Shown: positions 39,601-53,614, counted from the first letter of the stretch. The stretch is DNA of 64,000 bases from Epiperipatus broadwayi (GCA_028023455.1 JAQFVV010000002.1:6448001-6512000), one strand, 5' to 3'. Notes: generated by a model not told the origin, from the letters alone. A program made the numbers and translations.

Positions 39601-42600
39601 CCATTCTTTTGATTTATTTCTATATACTTTTGTTCCTTTTTAATACTTTCTTCAATTTGTTTTAATCCATTCATTTTTTGGCCTAATTTTTCAGGTTATT
39701 CTATAATCTGATGTATTACTTCAGTTTTCTTTTGTATTATGTTATGCACATGATTTATAACAGCTGATTTCCTCTTTTTTCTATTATATTAGTTATATTC
39801 TGATCATCTTCCTGATTGATCTTTCCTGGGATGTTTTTGATTTTGTTGATTGTTTTCTCTATTATTTATTGCAATTTATCTTTTGTTTGCTGATTCATTT
39901 CTTCTATTTTCCTTTGTGGTCTTTCTTTTGCTCTTTTATTAGTTTTTTATATTTTTCTTAGCAGGGTTTCATGTGCTCTCTGATTGTTTTCTTTTATTTT
40001 CTTTGGATGATGTTCTTCTGTTCTTTTTACTATTCTTTTATCTTTATTGATTGCTTTCTTATATTTTTGTTTGCATTTTTTCTTTTGGTCTCTGATTATG
40101 ATTGAGTTCTTTTATTTTTCTGAGCAGAGTTGCATTTGTGTTCTGATTTTCTTCTTGTTGTTGATAACTTTCTTTAAATTTTTTAAATATTTGCAACAAT
40201 TAGGCTGACACAGTCATCTCAATTTTCTCAATTCTTTTAGTTTGATTGCCAATTTTTTTTTCATGATCAAGTTTTTTTTTCATTTTTTCAAATTTGCTCA
40301 TCAACATATATATTTGATCACTTTTAAATTTAAAGAAATCTGTCTTGATTCCCTTTTATAGTAAAGAAATGTAAATCTGTTTTTTAACAAAATTATCTCA
40401 TAAGCCTCACATTATTTTCTGCTCCATGCAACCTTTCACGATCACCTAACACTACTGTTATTACCACTAATCTTCCTTTCTTTAAATCTGACTGTCTCAA
40501 TACTTGATATCATTTGCCTACTACATTTTATTTCTCTTATTTTATTCTCCCAATTCTATCCTGCTAATGCATGCATGAGACCATTATTTTTATAATTTCT
40601 TATTTTTATTTTTAAGTACATGTTCCTATATGATATGAAATTCAGATAACAAACCATTTGCTTAAAATCTTTTTCCAGAGATCTGATCAGAATCTAACAA
40701 CAAAAGAATGAATTATGACCAAAAATCCTAGGATAGATACAAAATCCAGTCATTGGGCTATAAGTATACAATGCAGCATGGACACCAAAAGATCTCTCTC
40801 AACTTAAACACTATAAGTTCTCTACAATCCAAAATAGAAATAATGCAAAATTTGCAAAACTGTGCTGTTTTGAGTCTTAGAGGCTGGTAAATACACAACT
40901 GATGATCTGCTTAATTTTTTTGAGACTTAGAGGCTGAGGTTTATGGAAAGACTAGATTACCTCTCCATAATAAACTGAGAATATCAAAACTTGAAAGTGG
41001 ATTGGTATAGAGCTGAGATAGAACATAATAAAGTTGCATGAAAACATTACATCTTCAAGCCAATGACAACACCCTCCAATCATCACTTACATTGACAGTA
41101 TAGCTAAACAAATTCCAATAATCAAAATCTCCATTCAATTTCCAAAAATCATTCTTTGATTTTTGTTTTACTTTAAAATTCTCATCATAATTTTTATAAT
41201 TTATAATAAAATTATAATTTAATCATTATCTATCCACTTGTCACACATTTTGCAGTAATATATATTTTTAAAATTAATTCTGCATTAAAACACAGTTTTC
41301 TTTCTTAGGTATAATTATATTTGAGCTTCAAGTTATGTGGCCCTTTTGTATAGTGACTCCAGGAACTCAATGATGAGGGTTACAGTTGGGTTACAATTTG
41401 TAATGGTGTGGAGGAAGAGATGATATGGTAAAAATGGAAAAAACATCACAATTCCCATTCAAATAATAATAGAAAATATAAAGTGAATAAATATAGAACA
41501 TTAGATATAAGGAATGAATGAGAAAGGAATAAATATAAGGATAAATATATAAGGTGCATGAGAATCAGCATGGACTAACAATATATAGTTATACTAATAA
41601 TAATTTATCAATTACAAATTCTTCAATAATCAAATCAATAGTTCTCCATTCAAATCAAATAACCTATTTCATTAAACTTGCTACTAATGGTTCTATACAA
41701 TCTTAAGTAATCTAATCTAATAACATTTTCTAATAAATTTAGAAAAACTATTTCTTCTTTAAATCAGCATATATATGCCTTCTAATGCTATTAAATTGTA
41801 ACTTTAGTGTTATCATTTAGCTATTAATTTATTTCATAAAATTTTAACTATAAACACTCCTACTAACTAATTATGATTTATTTGAAATTTTGGTTTTATT
41901 ATCACCCTTTTATTAACTAAACCTCATTTATTCACATTACATTCTTAACTTTCAAGCTATACTAAATTTAAATTTTTTCAAAGATTCATTTCTCCATCCA
42001 CACACTCGATGTTATAAATATGTTCTAACAATGAGTAAAATAAATAATATTTAACCCTTTCCAGTGGTGATTTGCTTCCATAAGATGATGATCATGATGT
42101 ACAGTACCTATTTAGTCTAATAATAATTTAAAATTTGAAATAATTATTTATCGGTTTTATTAATGATTACAAGCCAAGTTCAACCAAATACATTATACAC
42201 CAAACATTAAACTTACACTTAAAAGTGTCCCTGAAGTGGGTGATGCACTTCAAATACTAAAGTCATCTATGACCAATAATCTAGATTAACAATTTTATAC
42301 GGTGTAAAATAATCCGACAAAAGTATATCCAAGAGGAAAATAAAGCTATAAAGCAATAAACATGGGATGGCATGAACCCGGAGAACGCTCCTACTATCTG
42401 AGGGCAAGAAGATATGTGAGGACTTAGTCTGCACATATACGACACGGGAATGAACCAATCAACATTACAACTATAAATACAAAAATATATCTCTCAAGGA
42501 CTATATCAACGATGGAGAGATTATCCCTATCTCCTAATAAACTAGCTAAATGCTTAATACTAATAATAATGAGAGAGTTATGTTGGACCTCCAACTCTCA

Positions 42601-43129
42601 AGGTGGAAATAACTTTGCATCTCTTGGACATACAATGGTCATATATAAATGTCACTTATTCTAAAGAGGTGTGAATTTTACACTCTTGTTAAATCTAATA
42701 CGACAATGATATATAAAACCGATAAAAATAATTATCAAATATAACTGAATAATAAATACATATATAGTCTTAAAAAAAATGCTCATCATTTTCATAAACA
42801 TATAATATTTTATAAATAAACCGCTCATAATCAATGACATATTAATGTTTAAAATCTTATTACCAAATCATTAGTATAGTATAATATCGTTAATGCTAAA
42901 GTTCTATTAATACAACAAAATAATAAGTAATCTCTCATTAAAATGATTTCAACCGTAATTCATAAATCTCAAGTTATTAATATTTTTCAATAGCATCAGT
43001 ATCAAATTTCACGCGTATAAGAATAAGAAGGCATATGTAACTATATAAGTTATAAACTGTAATTTAGTTTTCACATAAATTTACCATTATTATCATCATT
43101 TTTTCCCCCTATATATATAAGACAAAAAA

Positions 43130-43430
43130 AAAAATACTTAAATTCGTAAACAGAAAAGTTCATAATCCACTGATAAGTAATCCAAATATATCGCAATGAT
43201 TTCCGCACACTGTTATAATCTCCACAATTGTATCGATAGTTATTTCTGCACACACTTTTAGTACACGCGCGTATCCCAAATATCTGTACATAAAGACAAA
43301 TTAATAGCCATCGTTTCGTGAACAGTTAATTAAAATATGCACTAGACAATTTAGTTCAAGCTTCCGTTTTACATTAATTAATCCAATCGGTTTACGTATC
43401 ATATCAATTTATCCGTTATTCAGGAAAATT
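43130..43430. promoter_or_regulatory. CpG-retaining, promoter-like island with a DRE palindrome
   Basis: About 13 CpG in 300 bp against a CpG-poor background. TATCGATA at 43231-43238, with CACACT-type motifs at ~43206 and ~43250. Confidence 0.5.
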
Positions 43431-46400
43431 CTTTAATTCATATAATCTTCTTGATACTATATTTGATAATTATTTAAATTATTTCTTTTCATTGCACAGA
43501 GTCCTCACACATTTCCGACAAGATTCAATTACTATAGTAAATAGCACTTTAACTACATAATATTATCACTTTATTAATTTTAAGTAGCAGTTAAGACAAA
43601 ACTCAACAATTTTAATTATATTTCATAATTCTTTCATTCAGTCATTAGTAGAAAATACAGTTAATTCATCTTTAACACTTTATTAGACATAGATTCATAT
43701 TGATCATTCTTTATCTTAAAAATAGTAATTCATTGTTAGAAATTTTTATTTTCTAGTCAATGCACAGTCATTATTTATTATTTCGCAACTTTTTTCATTC
43801 AAATAAACAGTTTCTTTTTCAGCACCAAAGCTAGTAAACATTTAAAAGTTTCTTCAATCATCTCTTTTGATTCAGTTATAGCATACTTAAAAATTATAGC
43901 TAGCACTAAGTTTAAAGTCCCCCCTCCCCCAAATAGACATATTAATAGACATATAATCAATTCACATAGAACAAAAGTTCTAGAGAAATTATGGTACTTT
44001 AAAAACAATACCTGTGATCTTTCATGTTTAGGCAGTGAATGATTTATAGTAGATGTATCACTACTTGGCATTTTACTGATCAACTCTTTATCATTGGGTT
44101 CAAATAACTTGATCAACTTCAGGGTAAGACTGAATGCCTGAACTTAAACTTACATCAACATTTCAACTTTAAAAATAAAATAAAAATAGGAAAATTTCAC
44201 ACTTGTTTAGATTTGGAATTTAAGCTTATTTGTAAAAACAATTCTCTTCAAATATAATTATCAAAATTATGATTCTTAACAACACAATCCCCATTCTCCT
44301 AGCACAATTCTCCCATCACAATCCTCGCAAATATGTGTGTGCAGGCTCATTTTGTCAATCATTCTGATGGTTAAGAAACTTTTGTTTCCTTACTAATCCC
44401 TCCCTTACATTTATATTTCATGGGCTATTAATTGTAGTCTGATATTAATTATTCATACTACCCAGGCAACCATGTAATATTTTTGGAATTTCTCAAGTTT
44501 TAAATTATATGATTAAATAAATATATATATAATGGCAAAATGAAAGTAAAATAAAATATCAAATAAATGATTTAAACTAAATTAATTTTAAGAATGAATA
44601 TTTTTAAATATTAAACTTTATTAAAAATTTTTACCCATTTAATTTGCTATCAAATGGTACTAAGAATTATACATAAAATTTTATATTTTTCCCAATAAAT
44701 ACAACTTTATATTCACTCCTGCAAGTAATCTCTCTCTCTCTCTCATCCACACACTTGAAATCATTCTCTTTTACTATTAAATTTAAGCTTTCTTTAACTA
44801 GTGGAATCTATTGATATGTTTTTTTTATTTAACTAATTTATTTCACTTTATGTTTTTAATTTACTAGATTTATTTATTAAATTAACTGTTGGATTATTAA
44901 GATTGAGTTTAAATTAAATATTTTATTAACTTATAATAGCTATTATCTAAAATATAACACACTAATTAATTTAGCACTTGATTGTTTCAACTTAGATCAC
45001 TCATCTCAACCCCATAATCAACTACACTGGATTTACCAATTAACACAGTTTTTACACTGAGTTTAAAGATCTCAGCAAAACTATAACTTTTTGATATTAT
45101 ATACCCCAAACAAAATGATTTTGATCATCAGTTAATCAGAGCTATAAAAACAAGATCAATTGCATATATGTTTGATTTATTAAATTTAAAGGAATTTTTT
45201 TTTTTTTTAAATTAATGGCACATCTACAACAAAGGTTCTTTTTAGCTAAGCCAAAGGTTACAATAAATACCAATGTTTCAGTTCTACAACAATTTTTATA
45301 ATATTCATTACCCAGCTGAGGTGAACCAGCTGAAACATTAGCATATATATTTTAGTACAATAAATTATCCAAAGATGAATGCAGATAATATGTCATATAT
45401 ATATATTATAAACACTGATAATCAGAAAGTTTACAAATATGAGCATGTTTACAATTTTTTGTCATACTTTGTATTACAACACTAACATATGACAAATCTG
45501 CAATAATTTTCAATAGTAGATGTTGATAAATGTCAAATTCTTAACTTTTTCCAAGAATAAATGTTTTAGTGAATAAATGTGTTAGTGCCTTAAATACTTA
45601 AATAGTTGTTAAATATATCATTGCCATATTTTTGAAAAATCTTATAATTTATAGCCCACTTGCATAAAAAGTTATACAAAGAGTTTATTTTAAATGTAAA
45701 TTTGCTTACTGCTTGCTAAGTTTTAACAAAAAATATATGCTTCATTATTGTACATAAAAAAATAGACTTCCATGTTTTACTCATGGTACTTATTCTTGGG
45801 TAAAAAATTTAGGAAATTTAAGTAGGTGTAAGCCATTCTTCTTTATTTCCTTTAAGTATAACCCATTCATATATTATGAACACTTTGACATAATTGATTT
45901 AGTTCTAGTAATGCTTAAGAACTCAGAATCTTACTATAGAATGCATTGTTAAAGAGATCAAAAGGCCTATTTTTAATTTAAAAATATAAAATTGCTGAAG
46001 TTCAACTTGATTTGAATCATATTTCATTTTACTTATTAATAAAAGTTTTAATTAGAAAATACTTCAAGTTTATACTTCAACCTTTTTTTTTTAAAAAAAA
46101 AAAATTAATAAAATAAATAAATTTGCTCAGTTAAATCTTTTAACAAAACAAATATACAAATATTAACTATAATTTCCTTTTTAATTAAATATAGCTCCAC
46201 AAAATCTCCCATAATTCCAAAGGAATTTCTTCACTTTTAATAAAATCCCTTAAATTAACATGTTACTTATAAAGATTGACTATTCAATAATTTTAGCAAT
46301 ATATTAGTTTAAAAAAATTGACTAATTAGCCTGAAATACTCTCACTTTATTAAGTTATATATTGTTTATAATAGAATGCCTGAAAAAAAAAAACTGATAA

Positions 46401-46760
46401 CTTAATAAATTACATGAATTTGTCCTTTCAAACATGGTAGTCAAATCTTCAGAAATTCAAGTTGAAAAATATCATTTTCATATATTGTATATTCTCTTTT
46501 TTCTATTCTTTTAAAACTATTTCATTTTTATATTTTTTACTTTTTTTCCAGTGAATCTGTTTTAAAGCTTGTGATTTCTATCATATAATCCCCATGGATT
46601 CTTTATTTTTAATGCATTTATTTATTTTGATAACATTTTCTCAAACCTGATAATTAGTTTACCTCAAACAAACCACTTTTTGTCTTCCTCTTTTTTTTTT
46701 GCAATTTTTTTTACAACTTTTTTTTGAGTCAATTTTTCTTGCTTTAACTATGTCTCAGAT

Positions 46761-46918
46761 CATTGTTAAGCTTTTTAAAATATGTTATTTATATTTCCTT
46801 TTATTTTACCTTTATTATCATCTCAATGCTATTTTTCAATCCATTGTTAAGCTTTTTAAAATACTTTCCTTATACTGTTTGTTTTTCTTTTATACTTCTA
46901 TTTATCATATCAATGCTA
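46761..46918. repeat. Tandem duplication, 2 x ~81 bp
   Basis: CATTGTTAAGCTTTTTAAAATA at 46761 and 46842, each followed by ATCAT(C/A)TCAATGCTA. Confidence 0.7.
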
Positions 46919-47381
46919 ATTTAATAGTTTACTTCATTTTTTAATTTTTCTAATAACAGACTAACTAGTTTTTTTTAGAATAATATTTACTTGTTAATAA
47001 ATTCATTAATTCCATTATTTATATTTATCTCTGATTTGTACTATTTTTCTTTTCTATTTTCATCTTAACTCTTCTTATTTTTTTATTCATAAATTCAAAT
47101 CTACAATAATTCAATTAGATTGTGATCAAAATCTACTTTAGTTTTATGCTATGTACACACTCTTTTATTACTAATCTTTGGATTGAAATACTATTTATAC
47201 TTTTATTATATGGATCTTAACATGTATAAATTATCCTGTTATAATATTTAAATGATATATCCATAATCAAAATTTTATTTACAAAAATATACCATTTTCT
47301 CTCTCATCTCTTATTCCTATTTATAAACACAACAATGCCCTGTATGGGATTACAGCAACATTAGAGTGTCAGACTCTATAG

Positions 47382-48420
47382 CAGGGGTGGGGAACCTTCA
47401 GACCTAAAGCCAATTACAATCCTTGAAAGCTCTCAATATGACCTCTGAACATTTTCAAAAATATATATAAAATAGCCCTGTATTATTGGATTAAGATTTA
47501 AGTAAAATAAAATATTTATTTCTCATCTACATCCAATCTTTATAATTGTTTTAATTCATTCTATCAGAGGTGCAATATTCCAACAAATTATCTATATTGT
47601 ATGGACTATCTGACTATAGATTTAATCTATGATGCTGAAGGTATTTTGCTTGTTTTTATAGTAATTTTCATAGTCTAACTGTATATTTGCAAAAATAAAA
47701 TTAGAATTTTATTTTGTTTCATTATTATTATTTTGTCTTTTTAAACAATGACCACTAAATAAGATAAAAATAATTGATACAGAAAATTGCTTACTTGAAT
47801 ACAAATGGATCAATGCATATTTTTTTTATAAAAAGAAATAATAAATCAATGTGCTTGATATATCTGGAAAGTATTTCAAGTAAACCATTCTGATAGCAAC
47901 AAAATTGTTGGAAAAGAAATATTAAAATAAAAATTTTGAAAAGGAATTTCATCAAAGTGGCTAACATATATCATAAAAAAAGTTCAAACAAATGAGAAAA
48001 TTCTGTGAGAGCAAATTATTTTTTCTTGAAAAAGCAAACACTTTGAATAAATTTTTTGAAGGGGAGTTTACAAGTGACTACATCCTAGCTACTGTAGAAT
48101 TAATCTATCCAGAACATAAGAAGAAATTAGAGAATATAATAATATCATGAAGAATAGTTACAAAGCAAAATGAAAAAATTGGTATTAGATATGCAATAGT
48201 CATTAATAACAATGATATTACTTTATTTTTAATTCACAAAAGGGCAAGTTAAAATTGGCCTGCCAGCTAAAAAGATTGTCACACCTAATAATTAGGGCTA
48301 ATTAATTAAATGTTTGATCAAATACAGCAGGTTAATTTTTGAATCTATAATTTTATATGACACACGATTGATATTATAAATATCCAAATGGCCATTGGGA
48401 GAAAAGATTCCCTACCCCTG
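47382..48420. mobile_element. hAT (Charlie/Buster-like) non-autonomous deletion derivative
   Basis: TIRs CAGGGGTGGGGAACCTT and AAGATTCCCTACCCCTG (15/17). The 8-bp flanks CTCTATAG and CGCTAGGG both resemble the Charlie target CTCTAGAG. Confidence 0.75.
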
Positions 48421-49189
48421 CGCTAGGGCATAAGACTGAAGATCAATTCCAGTTCTGGCCCTTCTATTTGATTACTTTGATTTATTTAGCACATTTTCTT
48501 TTTACTTTTTACATATTACTAAGCATTCCAAATCCTTCAGCATCATTATCTATTATTCTGTTATTTCTGTTAAATACTCTAACACATCTCACCATTATCA
48601 ATGTCAACTAGAAAACATATTACATTATAAAAATCTTAGTAATTTTTATTTTGTTGAAGGAAAGATTTTATCAAATTTTGAAATGTAAAACTCTTATGTT
48701 TATTTTAATTGCATAAAATATTTTCTTGAATTGTTAACTTTCTTTAATGAATCCTAAGAAGGGCTGGTGAAAGGCAGTAAGCATATAAGCAAAACATGAG
48801 GGTGCCAATGCAAGAGGGGTGTGGAAACAGTCAATTTAGAATACATTTTTGTTGTTACAAATATTAATTTATGAATATTAATTAAAGGGATTTGATTCAT
48901 TATTTCTACAAAATAAGAAAATATAAACATATTAAAATAAACAATCACTTTTTGAAATGTGATTTGTCAATTATGTCTTATTATGCTGGGTTTACACAAT
49001 CCATATGTCACATCACATTGCTATGTGATAGAAAAATGGAACAGTCCATTTTACTATTACTATTCATGCCTTTATATACATATAGGGGTGGTTTTTTGGT
49101 ATCCCTAAAATAATAATAATAAACATTACTTCAAAATTTTTATTGGTTTATTATAAAAATAATATCTTAAGTTTACTATACCACATAAA

Positions 49190-50030
49190 AATTAGTCATT
49201 TAGTATATAACTTTGACAATAGTTTTTTCTTCACTTGCTTCTTTTAAGACATCTATTATAATTCCATAATTATATGAAACTTTTTCTTCCTTTATAAATT
49301 TAATTATATTTCTCTCTTCTTAATTTAAAGTTCAGGGCCATTCAGAAGATGTACCATTTGTGGAAGATAGTTTTTTGTTTGTATGTTTGTTTTTTGTTTT
49401 TTTTTTGCTATATAATTCTTTATAAAACTTTTTCTTTTATTTCAGGATGCCATTTTTTTTTTTTAATTATAGTTCCATCTTTACTTCTTATTGCAGAAAT
49501 AAGTTTCTTACCAATACTAAGAGGTGGTTGTATACTTTTGATATTTCTGTTCTCTTCTTATTAACAAATACATTTTCTTATATCATTAATATTTCATTTT
49601 TGTACCTTTTTACAAAATTCTAGATATTCAATCCTTCTTAATGGATCATTTTAATATATTTTCATCTCCTTTCTTTTCTTCATAAATTATCTTGCCTCAA
49701 TAGAATTTTTATTGGTCAATTGCTGTTTTTTTGCACCAGCTATCTTTGTTGTATTTTTTAATAATACATCAGTTATTTTACCATTGATTTTATTCAAATC
49801 TGAAACATCTTCAAAATCTGCTAATATTTTTAAATAATTTTGCAAGTTTTAATTTAAATTCATTGAAATGTTTCTGAAAATTAGGAATATCAATTGTGAA
49901 TAGTTTTTCTTGATTTTTGTCTCTCTAGTTTTCATTAACACATATATAACACTTCACTAATTGATGATCACTTCCTGTGTTGAATTTATTAAGAACATTA
50001 AAATCTTGAAATACACATTTTTTATAGGCA
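49190..50030 (-). mobile_element. RTE LINE internal fragment (EN C-terminus to RT start), same family as 23.5-26.4 kb
   Basis: The reverse complement aligns with ~24190-25020, e.g. AATGTTCTTAATAAATTCAACACAGGAAGTGATCATC vs AATGTTCTTAATAAATTTAGCACAGGAAGTGATCATC. Confidence 0.8.
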
Positions 50031-51146
50031 AAATATAAATACCTAAATAAAAGATAAATGGCAGCCTAAGTAGCACCTTTTGACTTCACCATTGCCTTGG
50101 CTGCTGATTTTAAAGCTTTTTGAGAATAAGGGACATAGTTTAATTTTGTCTGTCATGATTATAGATATTTATTAAAAAAGTTTATTCACACACATATTCA
50201 TTATTCTTTAAAAAAAACTCAAATGATATTTCAGTTAAAAGCTAACAGCCAACTGATAAAAAATATTGTGGTGTTCTTTGATTTTAAATTCAGAAGTAAA
50301 AAGTTAATAAACTCACTTTGCTGAATGATGCATGTTGGTGAAAAGTGAATCCATATCCATTTACTGTATGAATAAACATTGGGTAATAATGAAGCAATAC
50401 ATAATGTCATTTTATCCAGTTACTTCCCAATACATGAAAAAATATTTCATCCTGTTGAAAAGTGATATTATTGATGAGAGATGATTGGATATAATTATTT
50501 TTATTTATTATTATGTAATTTCTTAGTATAATTCTCTTCTTAGCTTTACTCATAAGATATATATATGTATGTGTGTGTGTAAAAACTATAAATGCTTATT
50601 ATAAATATACTATAAATGCCAAATAATTTTTAATGGTAAAATAATAAAATATATATCTTAACTAATCAGTAGTGCTTTTGATTACGTAATAATCCTTATC
50701 AATTGTAAAGTAATATAGAAGTTTAATATCACATGATTTTCATGAGCTGTATATGTCAATATTTGCTGCTTTTCTATTTATTATATCTTTGAATTTATTT
50801 ATCAAGATTGTTTCCTTAATTTTTCTCTTTTTATAATTGCTTTCTTCAATTAATATTTTTGTATCATTTACATTAAAAGTAAATTTAAAATTACAAGATT
50901 TTTCATGTCTCAGTATTTAATTGCTTATTAATATTTTTTTTTTTTACTGGATTATATAATAATTTATGTTCTTTTATCTTTTTTTTTTCAGATTTATATC
51001 AATATTGTTTCAATTATTATGTAATAATATTGCATCAATTATTCAGATTCAGAAAAGATATATAAAAGATTAATGAAAGAAAAATTGCTGAAAAATGTAG
51101 AAATAGCTTGGAAAAATAATGTCTTTAGGTAAATGCAAAAGAGTTC

Positions 51147-51410
51147 GGGCTAGTTTATAAAATTAGCTGTGGAAACTGCAATAATATATATATATACGAC
51201 AGGAAGAATGGCATTTGAAAGAGATAAGGAACATGATTGAGTCATTAATAGAAAAGATATGAGGTTAGTACCATATTTGCATTATTTTGATACAAGGCAT
51301 AAAATGAAATGTGAAGAAAATGTAAGTGATATAAAGTATGTGAAGGATTACCACAAGAGAATATATTATGAAACATTATATTCCAGAAAACTTGGACAAA
51401 TGTGTAAATA
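51147..51410 (+). pseudogene. Penelope-like element GIY-YIG endonuclease remnant
   Basis: GLVYKISCGNCNNIYI-(frameshift)-TTGRMAFERDKEH…HYFDTRHKM…ENV…YHKRIYYETLY. This matches the PLE pattern GxVYxIxCxxCxxxYIGxTxR…EH…H…H…R…E. Confidence 0.75.
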
Positions 51411-52359
51411 TAATAAAAGATCCAGCAAAATTAGGAGGAAAATAGGCTTTATTAAATAGTTGGAAAATGTCGGAAATGATTGTAAATATATGAATATTTT
51501 TTTTAAAAAGAAATACAATATGTATTTAATTATTAATATTTTTGAAAAAATTTGTAAAAATTTTTTTTTGAATTATAAGTATAAAAAAAATTAATTTCAA
51601 TTTATTTAATTGAATATTGGAAATTATATTGTATATGTAAAATATGTTAAATTTGTTTATTTATTTGATTATAATATATAAGTATCTATTTAAAAAAAGT
51701 GCAGTTTAGTGTAAATAATGTCCAGTTATGAAGTAGATATATTTAATTGGTTATATTAGGCATCTGTTAACTGAATGTAAATGCCTGAAAGCAGAAAGAG
51801 GTACAAATAATGAACTTGTGGAAGAATAAATATAAACAAAGTGATGTGGGTTTTTGTTTTTCATGCTGAGTTTGGGAAAAGATAAGGGGGACTCAAATAT
51901 TAAGTGCCTGGAGTTGACAAAAATTATGTTGTAGAAATGGGATGGAGTGGGATAGAGAAGAATATGGGAAAACTTAGGGCAGAGAATGGAAAGGTATGTT
52001 AAAGTGACTAACAGGTTTCTCTGGGCATAGTTACTGAGAGATTCCTGACTCGTATAAGAACAAGTCATAGTGCATCACATCACATTACATATGAATTGTA
52101 TAGTATAATATCTTGAAAAGATCTCAATGGAGATGAAGGCCAGTTTGATAGATATTATTACAATATAGATATTAATAGTTATTTATTGAGATTCTCAAAG
52201 TTTATATTAAAGTATAATATAATTATTTAATTATGATAATCACAAAACCCAATTTAATTGACAAAATAAAAAAATTACTGATATAAGCAATAATGAATAT
52301 ATATATTCATTATTGTTTATATATATAAAGTTCAGTCAAATATAAGCCAATTTTTAATT

Positions 52360-52780
52360 TTATTATGCAACGTCCGATTTTTGTTTGAAAAAAAAAAATG
52401 TCAATTACAAATTTCCCCGTAAGCAATTCACTTTCTAAATAAACAAGTTAACTAGCTTTGTTACTTTTATGGTTAAAAAGAATTCAAAATCTTCGTCTAA
52501 CGCAAGATAATAATATATATATACAGTACTTTTAATCGAAATATTTTTTATTCAAACTTCCAATTGAAATCAAGTTACCGAACGATAATTAATGAAAAAA
52601 AAGCCATCGCATGACCAGTGTTTGCCCTCAATACATAAAGTTTCAAAGTCCAAAGGTCAGTCAGACGTACGCTTATTTTTAACATTATTGTAGCAATTTC
52701 TGATCTTTGTGTAGTAATAAAAATTCGATTTCAAGTTCCCAGCAATTAGTTCATTTACTCGCAACTGAATTAACAAGCTC
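52360..52780. promoter_or_regulatory. CpG-retaining promoter/enhancer-like island with an HNF4-type DR1 and an Inr-like TCAGTC
   Basis: About 13 CpG in 420 bp. CAAAGTCCAAAGGTCA at 52644-52659 overlaps TCAGTC at 52657-52662. Confidence 0.45.
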
Positions 52781-53099
52781 TGGCTATTTATGCTTATAAA
52801 GTAATCAAAACCTTAGGCTAGCAAAAAAAAAAAAAAAAAACAACAACTTTATATACTTTTTTCAATTTCCAATCAGTTGATAACTGATTTCCAATTTTGT
52901 ATTAAATTTTTCATTCAAATCTTCAACTGTCATCAAGTTACTAGATAATTTCAAAAAAACATAAGTCACTTCTAATAACAATGCTGAGCCTAATTACCTA
53001 CTTAGATTTTGTCTGGATACTAGCCATGATTCTCACACTTAAATCATATGAAAAGACTCATTTGACCACCATCTCTAATACAGCCAGACCTAGAGTCTG

Positions 53100-53300
53100 A
53101 CCAACTGATCACAAATTCCAGCTCAACAAATGCAACCAGTTTGAACATAGCTGTATCACCAGCCCCCTCTGGATATCAGGACACTATGCATGTATCTCAT
53201 TCTTAAACTTCATCAAAAGCCTTACTCAGCCCTCACCTCTAGTTTGCAGCTAGACCCAGAGTCAAACCAGCTTACCACAAAGTCCAACTTAACAATTTCA
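53100..53300 (+). pseudogene. Possible LINE ORF1 CCHC zinc-knuckle remnant
   Basis: KFQLNKCNQFEHSC…SGHYAC, followed by a Pro/Thr-rich tract. Heavily decayed. Confidence 0.3.
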
Positions 53301-53614
53301 AACAATTCTAACATAGTTGTACCACTACCTCTCTGCTAAACTCACCAAAAAATGCACCAGAAAATGGGCATGGCAATCCCACCAGGCCTCCCGCCCACAC
53401 CAACACCATCCCAACCCACATTGCCATTGAAACCAAGAGAAAGTTTGGTCACCCAAAGAAAATACTCTAAAAAATAAAAATACTGACATTGATCTCACAC
53501 CAGGCCAGACCTATCAGATAATTGCCACACTTCCATGGAAATTTCTAGTTCTCATCTATGCTAGCGAGGCAACTGAACCACATATAGAACTAAACCTGAA
53601 TTGCATCTGTAGAA

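Noticed and set aside
50317-50451. Symmetric 45-codon exon with one in-frame TGA (selenocysteine idea)
   Set aside because: There is no selenoprotein-like context and no SECIS can be identified. One stop in 45 codons is unremarkable.
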